From Giardia intestinalis (Eukaryota): DNA of 64,000 nucleotides. The position numbers and the translations under genes were made by a program. The notes under the pieces were generated by a model. It was given only the letters and a program-made list of their open reading frames with translations. It was not told the origin of the DNA and did not search any database. The stretch lies in NCBI GenBank assembly GCA_000002435.2, contig CM018791.1. One strand, given 5' to 3'. Shown here piece by piece: positions 30,078 to 41,500 of the stretch. The first letter of the stretch is position 1. The number at the start of each line of letters is the position of its first letter.

Positions 30078-31871
30078 ATGCTTCCTGAGGCCCTTGACAG
30101 TCCTGTAAATCCCTTCTCCTTAACCGGAGCACGCTGCAGACTTAGGTCTCCATCTGCCCGAAAGAGCCCACTACGGGCAGATATGCACAGAACGGACACC
30201 ACCCACTTCAATGAACACTCCATGGGGCTCACGTTCAGACACGCCAAGGGAAGCGCAACAATAGACCCCGATGAGTTCTTTGCAGAGATAGGCGTCACTG
30301 AACCAAAATTCACCGAAACCGGTCGGAAGTTGATGATGCTGCCCAAGCCCACCCCCGTCTCATCTGTTTTACGTCCAAAAAGGCCTGGGTCCACGGGTTC
30401 TGCTAGCTCTATCCCATCAACCCCAACAAAGAATAAGGCCAGATGTATTAGCGAACAGGCCCAAAGGAGAAGCACGGACTCTCTAAAGGTAACACGGGCT
30501 ATGCAGAATGTCTTCCTCACCGAACCTGTGCTAGAAGAGCTTCTACCAGAACAACAGAAATCGATTGACAAAAGGGCTAAGCAGGAAGGGCCCGCCTCAA
30601 CGAGTGGCAGCAAGCTGATCACAAACCTCATCAAGAACTCCGCAGAAAAGCTTGAGAACCTTACGAACAAAATTACAGAATACAGGCCAGCAACGCCGGC
30701 GAAGCAAGAGACGCCAAAATCCCCCACTCGATTACAGGTATCGGCATACAAGAATACCCTACGGGAAGATGTGAGACAGCGCTTTTCCACTGCACAAGCC
30801 CTTAAGCAAATGGCACAGATACGCGCTGACGAGGGCAAGATACGTGAGAGAGACCGTGCACAGTTTGAAGCAGCTCTCTTCAACGAGAGGAGCGAGAAAG
30901 CTGCCCATGAGCGTGACATTAGCGTTCTTCAGGCGAAGCTAGAGGCAGCAACCCACGAAATAGAGTCCTTGCGGACGGCCCTATCTTTGCTCACCCGTAA
31001 GCACGAGGTAGAGCATAAGCGACTACTGACGTTAGAGCTAGAGGCCCAGAAGCATAGAGATGCCCAGCCACTACTTAAGTTGCTAGATGAGCAATTCTCC
31101 CATATGCCGCCAGAGGAGGTACTCAGGAAGATTGAAGTACTCGAGTCTGCAAACCTGCAAACGTTCAACAAAGTCCAGGATACTACAGAAGCACTTAAGA
31201 CTACAGAGAATCTGCTCATTCAGGAGCGTCTAGAGCATGGGAGCAAGCTGCAGAAGCTTGGAGAGACGGTTTCCTTGCCCATTCACACCCTTGAGAAACG
31301 CGTCAGTGACCTCACAGTAGAGAACGAAAAACTGAACGATGACTTGAGAATCGTGCTAGACTCGCAGGAGCGCTATCTGGCGCTCAGCTTTGCCGTGGCT
31401 GAGCTGTGGAGCCAGTGGATAGACCCTAAAACCCACAATGGCGGGGTAGCCAAGCTGGCGGGTCGTAAGGGAGAAGGCCTGGACCCTGATCTATCAAAGC
31501 CCATGGAGGTCTTGAGGTGTATAGGGAATCTTCTCAGCATATGTTTTCCCCAAGTAGAGGCGAGTAGCACGGCCTTCAGAAGGATAGCTACTCTGGCTAA
31601 CCGCGCATGGTCCAGAATCTTATCGGCAGACGATACTGATTGTCTTTTGAAGTACAACATCTATGCAATCCTGGAGGAATGCTGCAACCGCGCAGAGAAC
31701 GGTCATAAGACAGAGCTCTACCTGAAGGAGATTATCAAGCGCCTAGAGCTGGAGAACAAGCGAGTATCAGGGGAGCTAGCCAGGGCAGAGCAGAGATGCA
31801 AGCAGCTGGGAAACTTGACCCGGAGCACCACAAGCTCGCGCATATCCAGGCCGAGCTCCGGGTACAGATAA
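30078..31871 (+). CDS. hypothetical coiled-coil protein (597 aa)
   Basis: It is a long ORF. The N-terminal 230 aa is Ser/Pro/Thr-rich, and residues from about 230 to 590 form a continuous coiled coil. The antisense ORF at 30038..30919 overlaps it and I judge it spurious. Confidence 0.55.
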   Translation: MLPEALDSPVNPFSLTGARCRLRSPSARKSPLRADMHRTDTTHFNEHSMGLTFRHAKGSATIDPDEFFAEIGVTEPKFTETGRKLMMLPKPTPVSSVLRPKRPGSTGSASSIPSTPTKNKARCISEQAQRRSTDSLKVTRAMQNVFLTEPVLEELLPEQQKSIDKRAKQEGPASTSGSKLITNLIKNSAEKLENLTNKITEYRPATPAKQETPKSPTRLQVSAYKNTLREDVRQRFSTAQALKQMAQIRADEGKIRERDRAQFEAALFNERSEKAAHERDISVLQAKLEAATHEIESLRTALSLLTRKHEVEHKRLLTLELEAQKHRDAQPLLKLLDEQFSHMPPEEVLRKIEVLESANLQTFNKVQDTTEALKTTENLLIQERLEHGSKLQKLGETVSLPIHTLEKRVSDLTVENEKLNDDLRIVLDSQERYLALSFAVAELWSQWIDPKTHNGGVAKLAGRKGEGLDPDLSKPMEVLRCIGNLLSICFPQVEASSTAFRRIATLANRAWSRILSADDTDCLLKYNIYAILEECCNRAENGHKTELYLKEIIKRLELENKRVSGELARAEQRCKQLGNLTRSTTSSRISRPSSGYR

Positions 31872-32000
31872 GGGTGTTGAGTGAAGGATGCTCTGTCAAA
31901 TCGTCTAATCAAGGTATTGACCTCAGACAGGGATAACAAGCCATCATTGCATTTTTTACGTTTCACTTCGATTTATTCACTTACTTGTGGTGGAATGCCT

Positions 32001-32951
32001 TTAGCTGCTGAGTGTCAGAGTGTAGGACACGGTAGGACTCAAGGCCAAGCCCTGTGCTTCACCAGAGGGCTCGGCAGGAGAAGAAACTGCCCCGGACTCA
32101 GCTCTCAGTCTCGCGGTCTTACATACTGGAGTCAACGAGGTCACACACTTTACATCTTCCATGCTTGGGAGCGTATCCATCCATGCACTAGGTGACTTCA
32201 GAGACTTGGTACGGGAAGTCCTAGAAACAGGAGACGTCTCCAATGTGTGCGTGAGTCGTAGGATTGGTGACCGCACTGATAGTCGGCGTAGCTGAGTAGC
32301 CTCTGGTGATGTCACCACCAAAAGAGGTGCACCCTTTCCCGGTACTCGGCTGTCTTCCAGTCCTTCCACACCGTTGTGTGAGCTATTTTCTCCACGGCAC
32401 ACCGAAGTGGTAGGGGTTTTCTGTGTTCTCAAAAAAAATGTTCTTGGAGCAGGAGAAGAACCGTCCATAGCGTCACTACAACCACTTGCATACATGCAAT
32501 TTTGTGTAAGAGATGGCGTGCATCTCTTGTATCGCTCTCCCTTTTTGGGGTACAAATATTTGCTGGTTGGATATTGCTGGTTGGTCGCAGTAGGAACAAC
32601 TCTCCAAGACGCCTTCCGGTCACCAACTATGTGATCTAGGCGCCTAGCTGCGCCGATCAGCAACTCGTCTGGACTCTCATCGTGTTGAGGTGGTGTGATA
32701 CCAAGCTTCCAAAATTTAGCAGCGAGGATAGATGATTGGCTGGAGTAAGGTTTTCTTTCGCACGTATATGATCGTGATGTCCTATCTTCTTGCTGTGCTT
32801 GCCGCTTTAGAGCAATTTCCCGGTGCAAATTCTCCATGACTTCCACTTCCTTGAGACTAATCCGGTCTGCATCTCCAAAGAGACGTAGGCTATAGCTAGG
32901 TTCTGGCTCGCCGTGCATGAATAAAGGAGCGTGTGTCAACGAGTGTTGCAT
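32001..32951 (-). CDS. hypothetical protein (316 aa)
   Basis: It is an ORF in context. No domain was recognised. Confidence 0.4.
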   Translation of the reverse strand: MQHSLTHAPLFMHGEPEPSYSLRLFGDADRISLKEVEVMENLHREIALKRQAQQEDRTSRSYTCERKPYSSQSSILAAKFWKLGITPPQHDESPDELLIGAARRLDHIVGDRKASWRVVPTATNQQYPTSKYLYPKKGERYKRCTPSLTQNCMYASGCSDAMDGSSPAPRTFFLRTQKTPTTSVCRGENSSHNGVEGLEDSRVPGKGAPLLVVTSPEATQLRRLSVRSPILRLTHTLETSPVSRTSRTKSLKSPSAWMDTLPSMEDVKCVTSLTPVCKTARLRAESGAVSSPAEPSGEAQGLALSPTVSYTLTLSS

Positions 32952-32988
32952 TAGATCTTGTTTTTTAGATAGTTTGGCAATCTGCCGA

Positions 32989-34443
32989 TCACAAAGTGTC
33001 GGACGACACGGAAGAGTCTGAACGCTTCATTTCGAGATCCGTCTCGTCCGTAATGTCAGTTCCTATGATGCATTCAATGACATCCTCGAGGGTAATGATT
33101 CCAATCGCCCTGGAGGGAAGTGAGCTTGAAATACCAAACTGGCACTTTCCGTCTGTCGCTGGCTGCACTACGGCGGCCATATGGCTGCGCCCTTTCTTGA
33201 ACTGCTCAAGGGCCATGTACAGATGTGTGTCTTCCGTAAACCACATAATTTCATGGCAACTAACGTCAAACACTGTCTCGTTAGCTTTGAGATTGTGATT
33301 TATGAGGGATTTTGTCCTCAATAGACCAACAATGTCTCCCTTGTCGGGGCCAGAGTAAACCGGAATGCGGGAGTGGCCACGCTCTGTAATCTCTCTCAGC
33401 AGCTCTTTGTTCAGTTCTTTGTCAGCAGCCAGAGCGTACACCTCGTCCAGCGGGACAATGTTTGTCTTCATATGTTTGGTACCCGTACGTAAAGCTGCCT
33501 TCATAACGCTGATCTCGTAGGGAAGCAGCTCATAGTCGCTTGGATCCCTGATTATGCTCATTATCTTGTGTTCCATGTCTACCTGATTGCTCTCACTGTT
33601 AGGATCAGCACCATTGTCGTCGTTGCTTTGACAACGAAGTACCACTCTTTCCACCTCCCCGTCCAGGTTATTGAGGTCATGCTTGCGAGCTTTATGAGCA
33701 AGAGCAGTGGCATGCGACTTACGACGTCGCGCGTGGGTTGAGGCTATAGATGGAAGTGGACCTATGCGAAGCCCCCCGATGTGCTCTTGCGAGATCTCGG
33801 TTCCATCGGTAGCCGTGAACAGACTCTTGGTGGATCTAGGTTTCTTGAGAGATGACGTCGGTGACACGTTAATTGCCGTCTGGTCTATAGACTCTCTAGC
33901 GCGCCTCCTCGTTCTGTTGCGCTCGTCATACAGATTTAGAAGGTTACGAAGCTCTTCCCGACGAAAGAGAATCTCCTTCGGCTTCCCCGATATAAGGTCG
34001 AGGAGCCTGGCTAAAGGAAAAGAAATACTAAAGGTCATGAAAATCATTATCCAAACCACAGGTGCGAGAGTTGCACTGATGGGTATTGAGTACCGATGGA
34101 AGATAGATTGGGGCACAATTTCACCAAACAGGAGCACGCCAGTGACTGAGATCAGGATTGCTGTAAAGTGGCCCACGAGTATTTCTAGAAGGATGGGCAG
34201 AAGCTCCATGCACAATGCATTAAAGAGTAGAAGAGTTACCAATACTAGATGGCGGTCACGAAGAAGTGGCAGGATGCGTTTTGCGTACTTCTCCTCCTTG
34301 GACCCGCTGCTTATCTGAAGAGTCCCCAGGCGTAAATCATCTATGCCAAGAAGACCCAAATTAAGTCCTGAGCAGATAGCAGCAATGATGAGGATGAAAA
34401 CTGACGCTACAGAATACCCGACTGTCGTTGCCACATCTCCCAT
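32989..34443 (-). CDS. CNNM / DUF21-CBS domain protein (CorC/HlyC-like putative Mg2+/metal transporter)
   Basis: The N-terminus has 4 TM helices with the DUF21 (CNNM transmembrane) pattern (LGLLGIDDLRL..., LPLLRDRHLVLVTLLLFNALCMELLPILL, GEIVPQSIFHRY). A tandem CBS pair follows (...IVPLDEVYAL..., ...VVQPATDGK...GIITLEDVIECIIG). Confidence 0.8.
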   Translation of the reverse strand: MGDVATTVGYSVASVFILIIAAICSGLNLGLLGIDDLRLGTLQISSGSKEEKYAKRILPLLRDRHLVLVTLLLFNALCMELLPILLEILVGHFTAILISVTGVLLFGEIVPQSIFHRYSIPISATLAPVVWIMIFMTFSISFPLARLLDLISGKPKEILFRREELRNLLNLYDERNRTRRRARESIDQTAINVSPTSSLKKPRSTKSLFTATDGTEISQEHIGGLRIGPLPSIASTHARRRKSHATALAHKARKHDLNNLDGEVERVVLRCQSNDDNGADPNSESNQVDMEHKIMSIIRDPSDYELLPYEISVMKAALRTGTKHMKTNIVPLDEVYALAADKELNKELLREITERGHSRIPVYSGPDKGDIVGLLRTKSLINHNLKANETVFDVSCHEIMWFTEDTHLYMALEQFKKGRSHMAAVVQPATDGKCQFGISSSLPSRAIGIITLEDVIECIIGTDITDETDLEMKRSDSSVSSDTL

Positions 34444-34599
34444 TATTAAAGACTCAGATTTTTTTGAACAGGGAAGCGATCGAGTAAGTGTAGAGGAGAG
34501 AACGGGCAGAACATTGTTTGCAGATGCCTACAAATGTTTGGTCTTCCAAAAAGGAAAGACTAAAGGAGGATTAGATTTTCAAAATTATCTCTGGCGGGA

Positions 34600-35421
34600 A
34601 TGTGCGAACCCTCCTCTCAGATCTATCGTGACGTTTCAGTCATTGGTCGTGGGTGCCACGGTAGAGTCTATAAGGCATTCCGAAGGGACACTGGAGCTGT
34701 GGTCGCGGTGCGCGACGTCGACCTGAGGCGCTTTGATGCAGCGGCTGTCAGACACCTCTTTGAGCAGGAGAAGGCCGAGGTGCGCTTAGTGCATCCATTC
34801 ATAGTGCAAAATCACTCTATGACCAAAAGCAGGGAAGAGTTTTCCTTGCACATCGAGATGGAGTACTGTGCAGACGGTTCTCTCGACGACTTGCGATGGG
34901 AGCGTAAGATGAGTCATTGTTACATCCCCGAGTACCGGATCTGGGAAATAATCGTTCAGGTGGCGGGCGCACTTGTCTATATGCACGATCCTAACAAACC
35001 AGGCGGGATTGTTCTGCACAAAAACCTCAAGCTCTCGAACATCCTTGCCAATGGTCACGCAGTTAAGATAGGGGATGTTGGGCTCCCTGAGATAGATTAT
35101 ACCAAGCGCCCGGACTACCATGTATTTGAGGCCTACAGAGCCCCAGAGGCTACAAAATTTGGCATCTATGATACTGCGTCAGACATATGGTCGTTTGGGG
35201 TTTTGCTTCTGGAGCTTTGCACGTTCAAGCAGCCAAACTGGAAACCGAGTCTTCTAAAGGTAGCACCGCAATACGAACTCTGGGAGGAATACTCGGATGA
35301 CCTTTATTATCTCATCGAGGACTGTCTTAAGCTGAAGGCCAGTGAGCGGCTCACTGCAGGGGATATCTACCTCCATCCGCAGGCCCAGGAGGCCCTCAGA
35401 CGCTTAAAGGAATATGAGTGA
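34600..35421 (+). CDS. kinase-dead protein kinase domain (NEK-like pseudokinase)
   Basis: It has the protein-kinase fold, but the catalytic residues are substituted. The glycine loop is IGRGCHGRVYKA. The beta-3 Lys is replaced by Arg (AVVAVRDV). HRD reads HKNLKLSNIL, so the catalytic Asp is Asn. DFG reads GDVGL. APE is retained as APEAT. The start codon may be the listed first Met or an alternative. Confidence 0.7.
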   Translation: MCEPSSQIYRDVSVIGRGCHGRVYKAFRRDTGAVVAVRDVDLRRFDAAAVRHLFEQEKAEVRLVHPFIVQNHSMTKSREEFSLHIEMEYCADGSLDDLRWERKMSHCYIPEYRIWEIIVQVAGALVYMHDPNKPGGIVLHKNLKLSNILANGHAVKIGDVGLPEIDYTKRPDYHVFEAYRAPEATKFGIYDTASDIWSFGVLLLELCTFKQPNWKPSLLKVAPQYELWEEYSDDLYYLIEDCLKLKASERLTAGDIYLHPQAQEALRRLKEYE

Positions 35422-35530
35422 CGCTATGAGGCCTATCAGCACACATTTCAGTAAATATTTTCATCTGGCGCTGCACTCCCTGGGCGATACCCTGCACAGG
35501 CAAAGTTCAGAATTTGATTCAAAATAAAAA

Positions 35531-38500
35531 ATGGCCACGGATCCGAAGGCGAAGTGGTTCTCCGCAAGGATTGCCGAGGGCTTTTCGCTCGAGAGTGAGC
35601 TAGCCCAGGACCTTATTGAGAAGGCGGACTGCACAAAGCTCTTCATTGAGTTTTTCAGTGCGACGGGACCCCAGAAGGCGCTTTTCTTCTACGATGGCGA
35701 ACGTTTGCGCTATAGCACTGACGACACGACTGTTTACCCTGGTAGAATTCTTTTCTTTGTTCGCCCGGTCAAGCGGAACGTCCAGATTGCCAATGCTGAA
35801 ACTGAGTTCACATGGGCCTCGACAACTGCTGATGCCCTCCCGTCCCTTCAGACACTTCTTTCCGATGTGTACATTCCGCTCTTCGAGCGCAGTCCTACTT
35901 GGGGGAAGGTCACCAACCGCGCGATCATCGACGGATACTTGACGAACATCCGCAAATATGTCTCGACATTGAAGGAGGCACAGATCGTTCTCAGTGAGCG
36001 CTTCGATTTTAAAATTCCGAATGACCCCGTGCTCAATAAAATCCCCGTTGACCCATATCTGATTCAAAAGACCATCGCGGATAATCCGGACCTTATTTTG
36101 ACAGCAGAGCGTGCGCTTGCAGAGGTCTCTAACCAGGTCGAGCTCTTTCTGGCAGAGTCCACCCGTGTTCGTGTTGACGACGACTCATCCGGCCCGGAGT
36201 CTGAAATTGTGTACTGGCGCGCTCGCATGGCAAGTTTTAGTGCGGTACATCAGCGTGTCCACTCCATTTCCTGGCTCCAGAGCTGTGTTACTCTCCTCCA
36301 GAACACGCAGTCACCCGTTATGCAGCGCTGGGTGCGCATTAAACAGCGTGTCCTTGAGGGTGTTACAGAAGCAAAGGACAACTTGCGCTATCTCTACACC
36401 ATAGAGGAGATCCTCGAGCCCATCTATAACGCCGAGCCTGCGAAGATTGCAGAAACGGTTCCGCACCTGATGGCAACCGTCAAGATTGTGCACCAGATGG
36501 CGCGCTACTATTCGACGACTGAGAATATGACTACGCTTTTAGTGAAGATATCGAATCAAATGATCAGAGCGTGCAGGGAGTACCTCAGAACAGACTCTAC
36601 CTCGCTTCTTATTCCACGCCCAGGAATGGAGATCGCGCAACCGGCGACCGCCGCTGGTGATGCACAGGGCGATGATGATGATCCTGCGGTGGAGGTCATA
36701 GCCTCGCTCAACAAGAAGCGTCCATCATCTGATTCTCTTGAGAATGCTCCGACTATTTACGACCGGCAGCCCGAAGACATTCTAAAACGGATCGACGAGT
36801 GCATTCAGCTTTGTGTGCGTTATCAGCAAGAGTACCATAACATTCGGAGGCAGATGCAGCAAGAAAATTGTGAAAAGCAGTTTAACTTCGCAGAAAGTGG
36901 AATCTTTGGTAACTTTGACCTTTTCTGTACGCGCCTAAAGAAGATTGCTGACATCATCATAACCAACGAGAACTTCTCCTCCCTTCAGCAGTCCACTCTC
37001 CAGAACCTGCACCCGATCCTGGACCAGTCCGAAAAGTTGATTCTCAGTCTTCGCAAGAAGAACTATGACCCAATCAATCACCGTCTGACGCAGTTCGACA
37101 CAGATCATACCGAGTATATGCAAGGAATTTCAAAGCTGGAGGATTCCATTTCGTCGTACGTAAATGCAATCTGCGACGATGAAAACAATACGGTGAACGA
37201 CATCATCAGCCTCTTGCAGCAACTCCACGTCATCTTGAACCGTCCGACAATGAAGACTCTGATTATGGACAAGTACGAGTTTTTGCTAAACAAGTATATT
37301 GACGAGATCAACAGGGTCAAGACTTACTTTGATGAGAACAAGGACAATCCAAAAATCCCCATCGGCTGGTCCCCAACCGCAGGCCGCCTGGCGTGGGTCC
37401 GCCTGATAATGCGCCGCCTGACTACTGTCTATGAATTCTTCCGAAGAGTTCAGATTCATGTCGAGGATGAGAATGATCCCGCCATTCAAAGGAGCGCGTC
37501 CTTCGAGAATCTTCTCCAAGCTACAACGCACGTCGACGAATACCTTCCACTTCTGTCTTTCTACAAGGCAGGTAGACGTGCGTATAAGATGTACATGAAG
37601 CTTGTGAAGCAGCTCTTCGACTACGAGACGACCTACCACGACATGTGGGTTGAAAGCATTACAGGTCTCCGTGCGTCCCTGCAGGCCACTCTCTTGGTCG
37701 AGCACCCTCAGACTGGTAAGCTGTACGTCAACTTCGACCGGAAAATAGTCCTTCTTTGCAGGGAGGTTCACTATCTGCGCCAGCTTCGCATTGAGATTCC
37801 GGAAACGGCGCTGGCTATCACCATGCACGAGAAGAGCCTCCTGCACTATCGCGATAGTCTGCAAGATTTGCTTGAGGCAATCGAAAACATCAAGCAGTCC
37901 ATCAATCCCGCTGTTGCAGAACTCGTCAAGCCGTTAATTTCAAAACTTAACAAAAAAGTACAGCCTGGGCTAAAGACTCTTTGTTGGACCTCCATGAGCA
38001 TTGGAGGTTACTTGGACAACATCCAGAAACAAGTGACCACCGTGAAAGAGGTCCTCAAGATTGTCGATGACATCATCTCGCTGCGGATCGCAACGAATCT
38101 TAAGGCGATTTCAACCACTTGCCTGCTTCCGCTATTCAAACGATACGCGTTTGGGGATCCCCACAATGACCCGTCTCAAGGTGGGACAGTGACTGTTAAT
38201 AACGTCCCTGGGTCTACCCCGGACGATGATAACGAGGATAATGCTGCATACACTAATCACAAGATGCGTCTGTACTCCGCGTACCTTGAACATAACACAC
38301 AAGCGCTCCCATACAAACAGTATTTGGAACAAGTTCGACCGCACATCCGACAAGCTGCAGAATCGATCTACAGCCGTTCCCAGTTAATCGCAATCGCAGT
38401 CATCGATGTAATCATCGCCATCACTTCTCGGTATATTAGCTCCAGCGACTCTGAGAACGCAACAATGCTCTCGGAGATAGTCACGTCTGCTATTCACGGA

Positions 38501-41500
38501 TGCTTCATGCCCCATGATGACATTACGGGCAATTTTGCCTCCTACACCTCTCGCAGAATTCAGCAGAGTGACTCGATTGTCGGTACGACGATGGCCGAAA
38601 GTGGGGAGCAGGTCGGGACTCTGGAAGGGAGCAAGGATGATATTCAGCGGAGCAATCGGCCAGCCAGCGGAGCAGATGCTGCGGCGGTCATTAAAAGTGC
38701 AATCAAGACGTTTGTTGATAAGTTCCATGACAACACAATAACGGCGGTCTTCTTGTGCACTGAACGAACCCTGCGTGCTATATACCAACGTGTGACCATG
38801 TACCTCGACCCTCATCTGTCCCCAAAGATGGATAAGCTTCAGAGCTACTACGTCCCCGATGCAATGATTCTCTGCGATTTTGAGCTTGCACTACCTTCCA
38901 CGCGTCTCTCACCGTCGTGGGATGACCTTCGGAAAGGGTATATCGATACTATCTCGCTTGTCTTGCAAGTGTCGAAGCGCCTGCCGAAGTGGAATGCAGG
39001 CGGCGATTATATGGCGAATGTTCTTACGACTATCCGGCCCATTATCAGCCGCCAAGATCCAGATTTTGTGGCCGCACAGTTAACACAAACGCTCACCGCT
39101 AACGCAGCGACGTTTGCCGAGACTCGTTCCTTTACCAGCGCCGAGACTGCAAAGTCTGCCAAAGCAGCATTTGAGCGCTCTTCACGGTCTACCAGCCGTG
39201 CTGGCACCGGGAGTCGTAATGGCGATAAGAAGCCCGGAAACATTAGTGCACGCATGACAACGCTTAGCTCCTCTGATGGGAAGCTTATTTATGACAGAGC
39301 GGAGTTTCTTCCCCCGGCAGAGTCCTTTTATAGTATGGTTGGCAAATCTCGAACGCTTCTTAAGCTCCTTGTGGCTCTTCAGGGCGCCTTTGGGATGATA
39401 ATTAAAAAGACCAATGCATATCTTTCTGTCTTTGACACGTTCCAGAGTCTTTGGTTGGACGACAAAAACGAGACGTACAAGAAGTTCATCGATAAGCGCC
39501 CTGAGCTCTCCGACTTTCTTTCGGAGATCGTCCGCTTTGAGAATACTATCCACAACATAAGCTTGATTCCAACGATGGTCCAGCAAGGGATATGTGTTTT
39601 CTCAACCGAGGCGCTTAAAAACTCTCTCCAGTCGGAGGCGGCTGTCTGGAAAGGACTTTTTTCGTCAAACCTCAACAAGCGCGCCCGACTTGAACTTTCC
39701 ACCATGAGAAACTACATAACTGAGCTTCAGACTACAATTAGCAAGAAAATCAACGACCTTGATGACGTCCGGCAGATCATGGCTGCTCTGGAGAAGCTAC
39801 GCGAATTGCAAGCCGTTTTTGAGCTGAAGATCCAACCAATCGAGGAAATGTACGAGCGCCTGGAATCACATGGCATCAAGATCACCGCAGAGGAGGCAGA
39901 GGATCTCTCTGGCCTCAGGCACATGCTTAAGACCCTTCAGACTATCTCCAGTGAACGCGAGAATGAGCTGAAGAGGGAAGGACCCAATCTGAAGAAGGAT
40001 CTTGAGGACGGAATCGCGGAATTCAAAGTTGAAGTTAAAAAGTTTAAAGAAAACTGGGACACAGATGGACCGAATGTTCCTGGCATCACTCCGCAGCGTG
40101 CTGTGCAGCAGCTCAAGCTCTTCCAGACACAATTCTCGGATATAGAGCGGAAGTGGATTACTTATCAGTCTGGCGAGGAAACTTTCGGGTTGGAGATCAC
40201 GAACTACCCTGAACTCATCCAGATCAAGAAGGATCTCAAGATGCTCAGTAGCCTCTATAATCTTTACACGGATGTCCTATCAACCATAGATGGGTACAGT
40301 GACCAACTGTGGACAGATCTGAACTTCGATGACATCCAGGTTCTCATGTCCGATTATCAGCAGCGGTGTCTCCGTCTTCCAAAGGGCATGCGTGAGTGGG
40401 AGGCGTACATTGAGCTGCAGGCCAAGATAGAGGACTTCGGAACACTTCTGCCTCTCTTCCAGTTGATGTCCCATCCTGCCGTAAAACAGCGCCACTGGCT
40501 GGAGATCTCGAAGGTGACTGATAAGCCTTCTCTCCTTCGAGTGATAGAGGACCCAGACAACTTCCGACTGAAAGATCTGTTGGAGGCTCCCTTGCTGAAG
40601 TATGCCGAGGATCTTGAGGACATATGCTCTGCAGCCACCAAGGAGACGGAGATAGAAGAAAAGTTGGGGGTGATTCGTTCTCAATGGCAGGAGCAGACAT
40701 TCACGTTCCAAGAATTCAAAACGCGCGGGCTCCTCAACTTGGCTCCGTCTGAAACGTCAGAGCTCATCGTGATGCTTGAAGACTCACAGATGCTTCTTTC
40801 TTCGCTCGTGAGCAATCGGTTTAACAAGCCGTTCAAGGATGAGCTATCACAATGGGTCAAGCGCTTATCTACGTTGGATGAGATCCTAATCCTTTGGCTC
40901 CAGGTCCAACAGAACTGGATATATCTAGAAGCCGTCTTTTCTGGCGGCGATATTTCTCGCCAGCTTCCAGCCGAGGCAAAGAGATTCAGCCAGATCGATA
41001 AGTCGTGGATCAAAATCATGACAACAGCGGTCACGACCCCGAATTGTATCCATCTTACATCCGTGGATGATACACTGAAATCCTTGCTTCCGTATCTTAT
41101 TGAGCAGCTGGAGCTGTGCCAAAAGTCCCTCTCCGGGTATCTCGAACAGAAGCGCAATCTTTTTGCGCGGTTCTACTTTGTCTCGGATCCCGTGCTTCTT
41201 GAAATTCTTGGTCAGCAGTCGGACCCGTCGTCCATCCAGCCGCATCTACTCAGTATTTTTGACTCAATATACATGCTTGACTTTGACCGTGTTAAGCGGA
41301 GCAATGTCGTTGCTATCAATGATAGATCTGGAGAGAAAGTGCAGTTGTCCACCATTGTCGAGGCCAAGGGCTCAGTGGAGGATTGGCTCAACGAGCTTAT
41401 CAAGGTCATGCAGCGCTCGCTCAAGGATATCATCCGCAATGCCGCCGCTGACCTGACAAAACCAGACGTCTCTGTGCAGGAGATCTTCGAGACCTATCCC

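Noticed and set aside
30038-30919. That long antisense ORFs are genes (30038..30919-, 20559..21086-, 22571..23092+, 35600..36067-, 57033..57914-, 40681..41157-, and others)
   Set aside because: Each lies entirely inside and opposite a longer ORF with clear homology or domain content. They are Ser/Arg/Cys-rich with no features. This is typical of shadow ORFs from GC-skewed codon usage.
34343-34726. That the 127 aa + ORF is an N-terminal extension or separate gene upstream of the pseudokinase
   Set aside because: It is in a different frame and overlaps the kinase glycine-loop region. It is more likely 5' leader or spurious.
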